A stretch of 63,502 nucleotides of DNA, filler included. It is 4 parts of 4 records of this genome, joined end to end, with 100 filler letters (N's around TTAATTAATTAA, not from the genome) between each part and the next. Parts side by side here need not be neighbours in the genome. Positions count along the whole stretch, not along the records: positions 1 to 25,968 come from SRR20825019_504; positions 26,069 to 31,436 come from SRR20825019_511; 2 more parts are not named here. One strand, written 5' to 3'. The stretch's first letter is position 1. The number at the start of each line of letters is the position of its first letter. The position numbers and the translations under genes were made by a program. Positions 19,261 through 27,994 of the stretch are shown piece after piece. The notes beneath the pieces are model-generated. The model saw only the letters and a list, made by a program, of their open reading frames with translations, was not told the DNA's origin and ran no database searches.

Positions 19261-20353
19261 ACCTACGGCTTACCCCATCCCTCAGCTCTTCCACGATAGC
19301 GGACAGCGCCGACTCAGCCTGGAGCAGATTTCGAGTCATCCCCAGCGCGAGACCGGATTTACGATCCGCGAAGGCCATCGAGCCGCCGTGTCCGCCATGA
19401 CCGAACGCCTGATCCAGATCCGGCATATTCGCTTGAACCACTCCAAGCGCGTAGCCCAAGGCAAAAGGATCGGGCTCTTCGTCGCTCGGCGAATCAGGGA
19501 GGGGGATATGCTTCGTGGCCAGATCAACCCGTTCGGGCGAGAGTAAAGTCACTCCATCAATTCCCTCCGGCAGCAGCGCGGCATAGTGCTTCGCAATCGC
19601 CCGGGCCGAGGCCACGCCACTCCCGGCGGGTAAACAGGCGCGACGCCCTTCGTCCAAATTCATCCAATGTCCCAGCGGAAGCAGCGCCGGCGGCGTCACC
19701 ATCGGCCCACCATCATTCTCGGGCATCACGAATTCCGGTTCCTCCAGCCAGGCAATCGAATGTTTCTCAGGATGCGGCATCCCCAGAAACAAATCCGTCA
19801 GCCCCAGAGGCTCGCTCACGATTTCCCGCAGAAGCACCTCGGGCATCCGCCCGGTCACGCGACGCGCCACTTCGCCCAAAATCCACCCATAGGTGAGTCC
19901 ATGATATTCGCAGCGTGTGCCCGGTTCCCATTCCAGCGGACACGCCGCCACGATAGCACAAATCCGTTCCCAATTGAGCGTGTCGGCCCGCGTTGTCTCC
20001 CGGGGAATTTTTGTCACTCCCGCGCGATGCCGCAGCACCTGTTCCACGGTAACCGCTTCTTTGCCCTGTGTCCCAAACTCAGGCCACAGCTCGGCCACGC
20101 GCGTTTCATACGAAAAAAGTCCTCGATCCACCAACTGATGGATCACGGTTGCAAACAATCCCTTTGAAATCGAGAAGACGGGGAAGAGCGTTGTTCCGTT
20201 GACCGCAGCTCCCGTGCGCTCATCCGCGACACCGGCCCACGCATTCACGATCAACTCCCCGTGCAGATAGGCCGCCACCTGGATCCCACGCTCGCATCCG
20301 TCGGTGCAAAGACGATCAAGGAGCGATTGGATGCGGGATTGAATATCAGCCAT
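19250..20353 (-). CDS. Serine hydrolase, beta-lactamase/EstA (class C-like) family
   Basis: FSISKG (SxxK), YHGLTYG, FGHGGHGG. Confidence 0.92.
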   Translation of the reverse strand: MADIQSRIQSLLDRLCTDGCERGIQVAAYLHGELIVNAWAGVADERTGAAVNGTTLFPVFSISKGLFATVIHQLVDRGLFSYETRVAELWPEFGTQGKEAVTVEQVLRHRAGVTKIPRETTRADTLNWERICAIVAACPLEWEPGTRCEYHGLTYGWILGEVARRVTGRMPEVLLREIVSEPLGLTDLFLGMPHPEKHSIAWLEEPEFVMPENDGGPMVTPPALLPLGHWMNLDEGRRACLPAGSGVASARAIAKHYAALLPEGIDGVTLLSPERVDLATKHIPLPDSPSDEEPDPFALGYALGVVQANMPDLDQAFGHGGHGGSMAFADRKSGLALGMTRNLLQAESALSAIVEELRDGVSRRFKG

Positions 20354-20355
20354 GG

Positions 20356-20697
20356 CAGTAAGCTTTAGGCGGTCAGCGCTAAGTGGGAAGTGTTAAGCGG
20401 AAAGCCCTAAGCTTTAAGCTCTGAGCTTTTAGCTGTTAGGAGCATGGCTGCCGTTTATCTTCACAGCCTTTTCACCCCGTAGGCCGTCTGCTTGCAGACG
20501 CATCGGCCTGTTCGCGCGAGCACGCTCGCAGCCTACTTGTTAAGCGTTAGGGTGTCAGCGGTAAGGTTTAAGCGATAAGGCGTAAGCTGGTGAGCGAGAA
20601 GCGGTAAGCCGTAAGGTGAAAAGCGATCAGCCATAAGTGGGAAGCTTTTAGCCGTAAGCGATCAGCATTCAGCCGTAAGCGATCAGTATTCAGCTGT
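20356..20697 (+). repeat. Two heptamer arrays (20356-20440, 20538-20697) around a REP doublet (20479-20536)
   Basis: 7-nt periodic AAGC/CAGC units; GTAGGCCGTCTGCTTGCAGAC...GCGAGCACGCTCGCAGCCTAC. Confidence 0.85.
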
Positions 20698-20852
20698 AGT
20701 GATTTCTAATTGCCGCAAAAAGACTCATAAGTCGCAAAATCGGTCAGGCCCAATGATCAGGCACCCGCGCTTCGTCATCCTTCTGCCTTTTTATTTCCCC
20801 CTTCTTCCCTTGCCGCGATCTTCGCGGGCAGCCACAAACGTCGCCTATTTTC

Positions 20853-21695
20853 ATGTCTGTAATCACTTCCCAGCTCCAATCCCTCGCCGTTGATCTCATT
20901 GATATTTACGGCGGCACTCAAACCCGCGTCGCCACGAGTGATGACGCGATCGAAAGCTACGCCGATGAGATGGAGCGGGGCGCCGTCTTTCCGCCCATCA
21001 CCGTCTTCTACGACGGATCGAAACACTGGCTCGCCGATGGCTTTCATCGTCTGCTCGCCGTGAAGCGCAATCAGGGGGAAGAGATTTCCGCCGAGGTCCG
21101 GGCAGGCAGTCGCACCGATGCACTGCGATTCGCACTCGGAGCCAACGCGACCAACGGACTCTACCGCACCAATGCCGATAAACGAAACGTCGCCGATATC
21201 GCCCTCCGCGAATGGCCCGATCTCTCCAATGCCCTTATCGCCGAGGTCTGCAAGGTCTCCGGCGAACTCGTCCGCAACGTGCGCAAGGACCTCACCCAGA
21301 AAGGCGAGATCGCGAAAGCCGAGATCGTCACCGGACGCGACGGCAAGGAATACAACGTTGGCATCGAGCGTCAGCCCCGCGGCAAGGCCGAGGGCTCTTC
21401 CGCAGAGGAAGGCGGTTCGGGCGCCGGACAGGGCAGTGGTCCCGGCAAGGGCAAAGCGGAAATGGGCGCGCCCGGCGGCGCGATCAAAGAACTCGAAATG
21501 GAGGCGCGTTCGATGATCCGCAAAGGCGAAATGAATCCCTTCGAATTGCCCACGCTTCTGACGGCAACCGGACACGATTACGCCGCGACTGTCATCACCT
21601 TGCTCGAAGGCATGAAACCCGAAATCAAAGACCGCACCGAAGCGCTCGAGCGCCTCCAACGTTGGATCGAGAAAGCGTTGGCGCAGAATGCGTAG
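20853..21695 (+). CDS. ParB/Srx N-terminal-domain protein with HTH (orphan, StrR-like)
   Basis: FPPITV...LADGFHRLLA, ANATNGL, HTH SNALIAEVCKVSGELVRNVR, GRDGKEY. Confidence 0.8.
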   Translation: MSVITSQLQSLAVDLIDIYGGTQTRVATSDDAIESYADEMERGAVFPPITVFYDGSKHWLADGFHRLLAVKRNQGEEISAEVRAGSRTDALRFALGANATNGLYRTNADKRNVADIALREWPDLSNALIAEVCKVSGELVRNVRKDLTQKGEIAKAEIVTGRDGKEYNVGIERQPRGKAEGSSAEEGGSGAGQGSGPGKGKAEMGAPGGAIKELEMEARSMIRKGEMNPFELPTLLTATGHDYAATVITLLEGMKPEIKDRTEALERLQRWIEKALAQNA

Positions 21696-21990
21696 GGGTA
21701 GGCGTTAAGCGGTAGGCGGTAAGCAGAAAGCGGTAAGTTTGAAGCTTTGAGCTCTGAGCTCTGAGCGATCAGCCTTCAGCGATCAGCAGTCAGCTATACG
21801 AGGTAGGGCGAAGCGTGTGTCCTCTCAAAGCTTCAAGCCACGGCTCTTCTAAAGCATATCGCTTATTGCCTACTGCTTATAGCTTTCGGCTTATAGCTTA
21901 TAGCTTACGGCTTATAGCTTAAGGCTTATCACTTATCGGCTTACCGCTTCCACCTTACCGCTTAGAGCTTAAGGCTTAAAGCTTACCGCT
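21696..21990. repeat. Inverted pair of heptamer arrays (21696-21796 AAGC; 21851-21990 GCTT) around a conserved 41-nt motif
   Basis: gcttacg gcttata gcttaag gcttatc... units. The motif at 21802-21842 matches 18376-18416. Confidence 0.85.
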
Positions 21991-21999
21991 CGTGGCCTT

Positions 22000-22158
22000 C
22001 TAACACGGCTGATGGCCCCAGTCGTCTTCCTTGAGCTGTTCCGCAAATTTCTCCATCTGCTCTTCCGGGGTCAGTTCATTGACGGGTTTCACGACACCTT
22101 CGGAATCCGTCGTTTCCTTTTCCGGGTCCGAATCAGGCGATGGAGGTGAGTCGCTCAT
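22000..22158 (-). CDS. Unannotated 52-aa acidic small protein ending DDWGHQPC
   Basis: Manual translation: MSDSPPSPDSDPEKETTDSEGVVKPVNELTPEEQMEKFAEQLKEDDWGHQPC*. ATG to TAG, with host-like codons, filling the only non-repeat space. Confidence 0.7.
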   Translation of the reverse strand: MSDSPPSPDSDPEKETTDSEGVVKPVNELTPEEQMEKFAEQLKEDDWGHQPC

Positions 22159-22191
22159 GGATCCGAAAGTTAGGGCAATTTATTAAATGTG

Positions 22192-22474
22192 GAAAGCTGG
22201 AAAGCGATATGCGGTAAGGGATAAGCAGTAAGCTGTAAGCTGGTGAGTAGTCAGCGATCAGCTATCAGCTTTAAGCGATAAGCGGGAAGCTCTGAGCGAT
22301 CAGCTTTCTTCCTTTTCTCGACGTAGGCCGTCTGCTTGCAGACCCATCGCCTGACCGCGCGAGCAAGCTCGCCGCCTACAAGCTCAGGCTCTAATATATT
22401 AGCGCCAATGAGCGAAGATTAGCGGTTAAAAAATCTCTGCCTCGCGGCACTACTCACTACTCACTGCTCGCTAC
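22192..22474. repeat. Heptamer array, REP doublet (22323-22379), nonamer repeat and CTACTCA heptamers
   Basis: Seen directly. The REP doublet is nearly identical to 20479-20536. Confidence 0.8.
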
Positions 22475-23230
22475 TCACTTGATCTCCAACAACTCCACTT
22501 CGAAGATCAGCGCGGATTGGGCCGGGATTGTCGGACGTGTCTGCGGGCCATAGGCGAGATTAGCCGGCACGTAGAGTTTCCATTTGTCGCCGACCGACAT
22601 CAGCTGCAGGGCTTCGGTCCAGCCGGGAATCACACCGGTGACCGGAAATTCGATGGGCTCGCCACGACTGACCGAGCTGTCGAAGACCGCGCCGTCGATC
22701 AGCGTGCCATGATAGTGCACCTTGACCGTGTTCTCCGTGGTCGCTTTCGGACCGGAGCCGGATTCGACCACTTCGTATTGCAGACCCGAATCGGTCACGG
22801 TGACGCCGGGGCGCTGTTTGTTCGCTTCCAAAAACGCATTACCCGCGGCGAGATTCTTTTCGCCTTCCTGGGCCATGATGGCCGCGACCTTCTCCTGCAC
22901 GGCCATAAATGCCGCACGGATGTCCTCTTCGTTGATCTGTGGTTCCGCCTGGTTCAACGAGTCCATCAACCCGGCCGTCAGCGCCGCTTGATCGATATCG
23001 AGTCCTTTCTGGGAAGCCATGTCCCGGCCGATATTAAAACCGATCCCGTAGCTCACCTTCTTCTCATCGGTCGAAAAATCGACGTCACCGGAAGTCGCGG
23101 CCGTCTTGGGAGCCGTCGTCTTCGCATCGCTCTTGGATTCGTTTTTACTGCACGCCGTGAACAACAGAGCAAAGGCCGCAAGCGCGATCGTGAGAGAGGA
23201 ACGGGAAAAGGGGGAGGGTTTAGTCATCAT
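22475..23230 (-). CDS. FKBP-type peptidyl-prolyl isomerase (FkpA/Mip-like lipoprotein)
   Basis: LLFTAC lipobox, KVSYGIG, TDSGLQY, VHYHGTLIDGAVFDSS, VIPGWTEAL, LIFEVELLEI. Confidence 0.95.
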   Translation of the reverse strand: MMTKPSPFSRSSLTIALAAFALLFTACSKNESKSDAKTTAPKTAATSGDVDFSTDEKKVSYGIGFNIGRDMASQKGLDIDQAALTAGLMDSLNQAEPQINEEDIRAAFMAVQEKVAAIMAQEGEKNLAAGNAFLEANKQRPGVTVTDSGLQYEVVESGSGPKATTENTVKVHYHGTLIDGAVFDSSVSRGEPIEFPVTGVIPGWTEALQLMSVGDKWKLYVPANLAYGPQTRPTIPAQSALIFEVELLEIK

Positions 23231-23269
23231 GGGAAAGCGACATGCAGAATTGTCCGGAGGTTCCTTGCA

Positions 23270-23365
23270 AGCGGGAAGGGTGAAAGGATAAGCCAAAAGC
23301 GATAAGCTGTAAGCTATCAGTAATAAGCCGTAAGCAGTAGGCGCTAAGCTTTCAGCTTTCAGCCA
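23270..23365 (+). repeat. Heptamer array (AAGC) upstream of the FKBP start
   Basis: gataagccaaaagcgataagctgtaagctatcag... Confidence 0.8.
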
Positions 23366-23534
23366 TTCAGAAGAGATTGCCGCAATAAGGCGCGAAAATC
23401 GCAATAAGGTTTACCCCGAAGGCACGAAGCGATGGTGGGTGCGGTTGTCCCTAACCGCACTTTGAGTCTCACCACGAAACGTTGGTTGTCACGATGGTCG
23501 CCGCATACTGCTTATCACTTATTGCTTAAAGCAT

Positions 23535-23695
23535 CTTAACGAAAATGAGTGCCCATTAGTGTCCATTAGCGGTGAAAAACAATCCTGCCTCACGGTGTAT
23601 CGGAATACGTATTTCAACGCGGAGTGCGCGGAGAACGCGAAGGATAGGAGTTTTCTAAGCCAGTGAGCATTAGCGTAGAGTGGTGGTGAAAACTC
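23535..23695. repeat. 8- to 10-mer repeat arms (CCATTAGTGTCCATTAGCGGTG; AACGCGGAGTGCGCGGAGAACGCGAAG)
   Basis: Short degenerate tandem units seen directly. Confidence 0.6.
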
Positions 23696-23699
23696 CCAC

Positions 23700-24170
23700 T
23701 CAGAGCCTCCTGATCCTCGTGGTAATATTCGAGGACTGAATTTCAAGGATACTGAAATACAGCACCGCTTTGAGTCCTCTCGAATCTTTCCACGTCTTCA
23801 CGTCCTGACTCTGGTAGTCCTTGCGCCAATCCGAGCCATAAGTGGCGAGGGCAGCCTCAATCCGTTCCGCCCGCCAGTGGGCCGGAACCTCCAATTGCAC
23901 CGCAATCAGAGTGAGCGAAGGCCGAGCGAAAATCGCCCGCACATGCAAATGGCCGTGATAAAATTCACGGACGCTGAATCGCCCCTTTAGTTTCACCATG
24001 CCGTGCTTTTCATGCAGACTGTTCACCTCCCTAACATTCTGTGCCACACTCGGGTCGCCGTAACGATCGACGAAGTAGTCGGGCGTGCGTTGGATGAAAT
24101 TCGGCTCTTCCGCTTGCGCGGTTTGAACCAGCGCAAAACTCAGAATTGTCATGAGAACTCGGAGCAGCAT
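23700..24170 (-). CDS. Hypothetical secreted protein
   Basis: Signal-peptide-like start (MLLRVL...AQA), about 156 aa. Confidence 0.6.
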   Translation of the reverse strand: MLLRVLMTILSFALVQTAQAEEPNFIQRTPDYFVDRYGDPSVAQNVREVNSLHEKHGMVKLKGRFSVREFYHGHLHVRAIFARPSLTLIAVQLEVPAHWRAERIEAALATYGSDWRKDYQSQDVKTWKDSRGLKAVLYFSILEIQSSNITTRIRRL

Positions 24171-24267
24171 GGGGGGTAGAGGGTATCGCAAAAACTCGAA
24201 CGAAAGTTTACAGGCATACCATGGAGACGCTGCCGAACAAGCAGAACCCATCCAACTCAACCGAACT

Positions 24268-24951
24268 TCACGCAATCAGCAGCAATCGCGGCTGATTGCG
24301 TTGCGTCGCCGGGGCGCGGTGGATGCAGGGGAGGACCGGACTGCCGGGGAATTGGGTCGCGATGCGCCAGAGATTGAATCGTCCGAAGGAGTAAGGCTTT
24401 GCCTCGGGTTTTGCGGCGTAGTGCAGATCGTAACAGCACTCGCTCAGGTAAGTCGCAAAGTCAGCATCATCCGCTCCGCCATATTCCGCCAAAAGGACTG
24501 CGCGGGTTTCAGGAATAGCCACGCGACGGATCGCTTCCACATTCGGGAGGCCTTCGGAAGGCGATCCGGCATAACTGCACAGCCACGTATCGGCCTCGAC
24601 CGTCGCGCTGTCCACATGCCAGGAAAACACATCCGTCGGCACCGCTCCGGCCTCCTCATCCCGCGGATAACCATGAATGCAGTTCAGCACCGGATCGAGT
24701 TCGCGGGCCTTCAAGCTCCGCAGATCCGAGAGCATCGCCTCGCGGGCGATGACGCCCTCCGGACTCAATGACAGCGAGAGCAGGGTGGCCTCATCCAATG
24801 TGCGCACGCCATCGCCATCACCGAGCGCTGACACGACTTCATTAAAGTCACCGTCCAAGTTGCGTTCCCAGCACAGCGCATTCACGCCATCCGAGAAAGG
24901 AGTCGCGACGAGCTCGGCAAAGCTATGGACGGTTTTGAATGAAAAAGGCAC
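24268..24951 (-). CDS. DUF1826-like protein (HxD...H-R, possible 2OG-Fe(II)-like fold)
   Basis: WHVD...WLCSYAG...CIHRAP...PRLLLI. Confidence 0.7.
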   Translation of the reverse strand: MPFSFKTVHSFAELVATPFSDGVNALCWERNLDGDFNEVVSALGDGDGVRTLDEATLLSLSLSPEGVIAREAMLSDLRSLKARELDPVLNCIHGYPRDEEAGAVPTDVFSWHVDSATVEADTWLCSYAGSPSEGLPNVEAIRRVAIPETRAVLLAEYGGADDADFATYLSECCYDLHYAAKPEAKPYSFGRFNLWRIATQFPGSPVLPCIHRAPATQRNQPRLLLIA

Positions 24952-24959
24952 GGATTGAG

Positions 24960-25160
24960 CAAGTAAGAAGTATGAAAGAGGAGTGATGAAGTGTCCCGGC
25001 CGAACAGTCGCAGGCTTAAAACCAAAAAGAGATTAAACCACTACTAATCTTCGCTCATTGTCGCTCATTGGAATACCTGTTCTCACGCGGAGACGCCGAG
25101 ACGCGGAGATGATAAATAGGGGACTTAATTTGGAACTCAGAAAAGCTGGAAACCAGCAAA
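24960..25160. repeat. Stack of short-period repeat arms
   Basis: GAAGTATGAAAG; CTAATCTTCGCTCATTG; CACGCGGAGACGCCGAGACGCGGAG; GGAACTCAGAAAAGCTGGAAA. Confidence 0.65.
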
Positions 25161-25186
25161 ACCACCGATCTTACAAAATCTGAAAC

Positions 25187-25968
25187 TTAATCTTCGACAT
25201 CGCGGCAGACTGCGTCGAGTTGCCGGGCGATGAGGTCGATTTGATCGCCGGTCAGTTCCACTTGGCCGCGCCCTTTAATCGCAGTGGCGAGGTTCTTGGA
25301 ATTCTGAACATTGACGGGGCCACGCGCGGTGGTCTTCACATACCAACCGGGAAGGGCGAGCATCGGTTTAGCGGTAATCGAATGACCCGTCAGTTTATGA
25401 ATCCATTTAGTAAGCCACTCGGCTTCCTTCTGAGCTTGTTTCAAACCATGCCTATCTTCGGCCCAAGGCCAAATCAACTGGGTGCCATCGTAAGTGACCT
25501 CGTGATCTTTGAACCCGGGACGCGTCCGGCCTTTGCGGCGAGTCTTGCTTTCGATTAAAAACAGGCCAGTGGGTCCAACCACAACATGATCGAGATTGAA
25601 TTTCCGATCACCATTGGCTGCGGGAATATCATGAAATACTCGATAACCTTGGGAGAGGAGGGACTCGAGTGATTCACCCACCGTCCGTTCGCCCATATAT
25701 CCGAGTTCATAGTTTTCTATGATGAGTAATCTTCGCTGAATCCAAACCACGCCGATAGCAGCACAAAGCAGTAAGCAACCAGTCAGAATCACTAATGCTA
25801 AGCCCAGAGTCATGTCGGGTGCAGTTCTGGAAAGTATCAAGATGACCACACAGACAACGGCCAGCGGAGTTAACAAAGCACCAAGAAGATGAAACGATAG
25901 GTTCTCCTCTAGCTTGGATATTTTTTTTCGCAATGACTCCCCGGGAGCACGCAGAAGTTTAAACTCTA
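25187..25968 (-). CDS. Membrane-anchored NERD-domain (nuclease-related) protein, 5'-truncated at the contig end
   Basis: GYMGERTVGESL, VFHDIP, NLDHVVVGPTGLFLIESK. The frame stays open (EFKLLRAPGESLR) to the gap. Confidence 0.88.
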
Positions 25969-26068
25969 NNNNNNNNNNNNNNNNNNNNNNNNNNNNNNNN
26001 NNNNNNNNNNNNTTAATTAATTAANNNNNNNNNNNNNNNNNNNNNNNNNNNNNNNNNNNNNNNNNNNN
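25969..26068. other. Artificial contig linker (N44-TTAATTAATTAA-N44)
   Basis: All-frame stop spacer, identical at three places. Confidence 0.98.
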
Positions 26069-26461
26069 AATCGGGCAATCCAGCGGATGATTGATGAGGA
26101 GAAATTCCATGACACCCTCGCGGCAGTCCTTGACGACCTGCGAGTTGGTTTTGATCTGCATGCCCGGAGCGACGGTCGTGCCGCAACCGATCACCGGACG
26201 TGGAATCCAGCCGATCTTCTGCTTGCCGGTCGCTTCATCCATGATCGGCTCGCGCGTCGCACGATCCGTCATCGGCATGCCCATCTCGATCAGGCACATG
26301 CGGCAGTTACCCGCAACACTGAGCTTTGGATGATAGCAATAATGCGGGATGTCGGTCTGAAGTTGGCGCGCGGCCTCGATCACATTCGTGCCCTTGGGCA
26401 CGGAGATCTCCTTGCCGTCGATGATGACGGTGACGAGGTCAGGTTTGGCAGGCTGGATCAT
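26069..26461 (-). CDS. nuoG: NADH-quinone oxidoreductase subunit G, N-terminal fragment
   Basis: IPHYCYHPKLSVAGNCRMCLIE, EFLLINHPLDCPI; truncated by the gap. Confidence 0.95.
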
Positions 26462-26511
26462 TGAGTGAGAAATTAATTAAGCGCGAAACGGAATATTCTG
26501 ATGTTGTCTAC

Positions 26512-26640
26512 TGTCATTCTGAGCAACGCGAGGAATCCAGCGAGTCGTTCGATTTCATCAGAGTTACGGAAATCAAAGTGGATTCTTCACTGCGTTCAGA
26601 ATGACAAATCATCGTGTTTTTTCGTGTTTTTCGTAGTGGA
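26512..26640. repeat. TGTCATTCTGAGC inverted-repeat element (copy 2) plus TTTCGTG repeats between nuoF and nuoG
   Basis: Arms match 1822-1914; the loop differs. Confidence 0.85.
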
Positions 26641-26645
26641 AATTA

Positions 26646-27989
26646 TCAGACCAAAGGACGGGCGTCTGCGGATTTCGTTTTCTTCGTTTCCGGATAGGCT
26701 TCGAATTCGTCGCCGAATTTGGTGAGGAAACTCTGGGTGGGCCAGGAACAGGCTTCGCCGAAGGCACAAATCGTCCGACCGGGAATCTGATCGGCGACGC
26801 TCTTGAGCAGCTTGCCATCTTCCGGACGGGCATCGCCGTGGACCATGCGCGAGCTGATCTTCTTCATCCAGAGCGAACCTTCGCGACAAGGGGTGCATTG
26901 GCCGCAGCTTTCGTGCGAGTAAAACGCGTTAATATTGGCGAGGGCTTCGACCATGTTGACGGAATCATCCATCACGATCACGCCGCCGGAACCACCCATC
27001 GTGCCGATCATCGCGAGCGAATCGAAATCCATGGGCACATCTTCGACGCCCATATCGTATTCCACCCCATCACGCGACTTACCCTTGAAGCGTTCGCCGA
27101 ATTTCAAAATCTTCGCCGAAGACCCACCGGGGATCACGGCCTTGAAAGAGCGACCGGGCAGCGGACCACCGCAGACCTCGTTGAGCAACTCGCCCATCGT
27201 GATCTTGCCGGCTTCGAACTCGTAATAACCGGGCTTTTGCACGTGACCGGAAACACAGAAGATCCGGGTGCCGGTATTTCCGGGGGTGCCGATCTTCGTG
27301 TATTCATCACCACCCATGTCGATGATGTGCTTCACGTGGCAAAGCGTTTCCACGTTGTTCACGATGGTCGGACATTGATAGAGACCGAGGACGGCGGGGA
27401 AATACGGGGGCTTGATGCGTGGGTTGGCGCGTTTGCCTTCGAGCGATTCGATCAGCCCGGTTTCTTCGCCGCAGATGTAAGCACCGGCACCGCGATGCAC
27501 GAAAATGTCGCAGGAGTAATCGGTGCCGAGAATGTTCTTTCCCACGAGATTCTTGTCGCGGGCTTCCTGAATCGCTTTCTCCAAAATCTTTGCACCGTGG
27601 GGAAATTCACCACGGATATAAATGTAGGCCTGCTTCACATCATTCGCGAAACACGAGATCATCGTGCCCTCGATCAGCTGATGCGGATCCTGATGCATGA
27701 TGTAGCGATCCTTGAACGTGCCGGGTTCCGATTCGTCGGCATTGACGATCAGGTAAATGGGCTTGCCGCTCTTGCGATCGACCAGGCCCCACTTCACCCC
27801 GCAGGGGAAACCCGCCCCACCGCGACCACGGAGACCGGATTTTTTCACTTCTTCACGAAGATCTTCGGGCTTTTGCGTGACCGCTTTTTTGAGGACTTCG
27901 TAGCCACCGTTGCGCAGGTAGCAATCGATGTCGTTGGAGTAACCCTCCTCGTCGATGTGCTGGAAAATTAGGCGTCGTTGTTCAGGCAT
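26646..27989 (-). CDS. nuoF: NADH-quinone oxidoreductase subunit F
   Basis: GLRGRGGAGFP, NADESEPGTFKDR, GAGAYICGEET, ESCGQCTPCREG. Confidence 0.97.
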   Translation of the reverse strand: MPEQRRLIFQHIDEEGYSNDIDCYLRNGGYEVLKKAVTQKPEDLREEVKKSGLRGRGGAGFPCGVKWGLVDRKSGKPIYLIVNADESEPGTFKDRYIMHQDPHQLIEGTMISCFANDVKQAYIYIRGEFPHGAKILEKAIQEARDKNLVGKNILGTDYSCDIFVHRGAGAYICGEETGLIESLEGKRANPRIKPPYFPAVLGLYQCPTIVNNVETLCHVKHIIDMGGDEYTKIGTPGNTGTRIFCVSGHVQKPGYYEFEAGKITMGELLNEVCGGPLPGRSFKAVIPGGSSAKILKFGERFKGKSRDGVEYDMGVEDVPMDFDSLAMIGTMGGSGGVIVMDDSVNMVEALANINAFYSHESCGQCTPCREGSLWMKKISSRMVHGDARPEDGKLLKSVADQIPGRTICAFGEACSWPTQSFLTKFGDEFEAYPETKKTKSADARPLV

Positions 27990-27994
27990 GGCGA

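Noticed and set aside
18223-23365. Possible CRISPR array
   Set aside because: The units are degenerate 7-mers with no identical 23-50-nt repeats, no regular spacers and no cas genes.
23231-23404. N-terminal extension of the FKBP ORF (LAPTAYGLLLIAYSL...)
   Set aside because: It is a read-through of the heptamer array. The real start is near 23230, ahead of the lipobox.
26013-26024. TTAATTAATTAA repeated three times in the window
   Set aside because: Artificial all-frame stop linker. The natural TTAATTAA octamers at about 9895 and 26473 are unrelated.
26838-27971. Long antisense ORFs (for example 377 aa opposite nuoF, 313 aa opposite rnr, 303 aa opposite the sulfatase)
   Set aside because: Expected shadow ORFs of high-GC coding genes, with no motifs.
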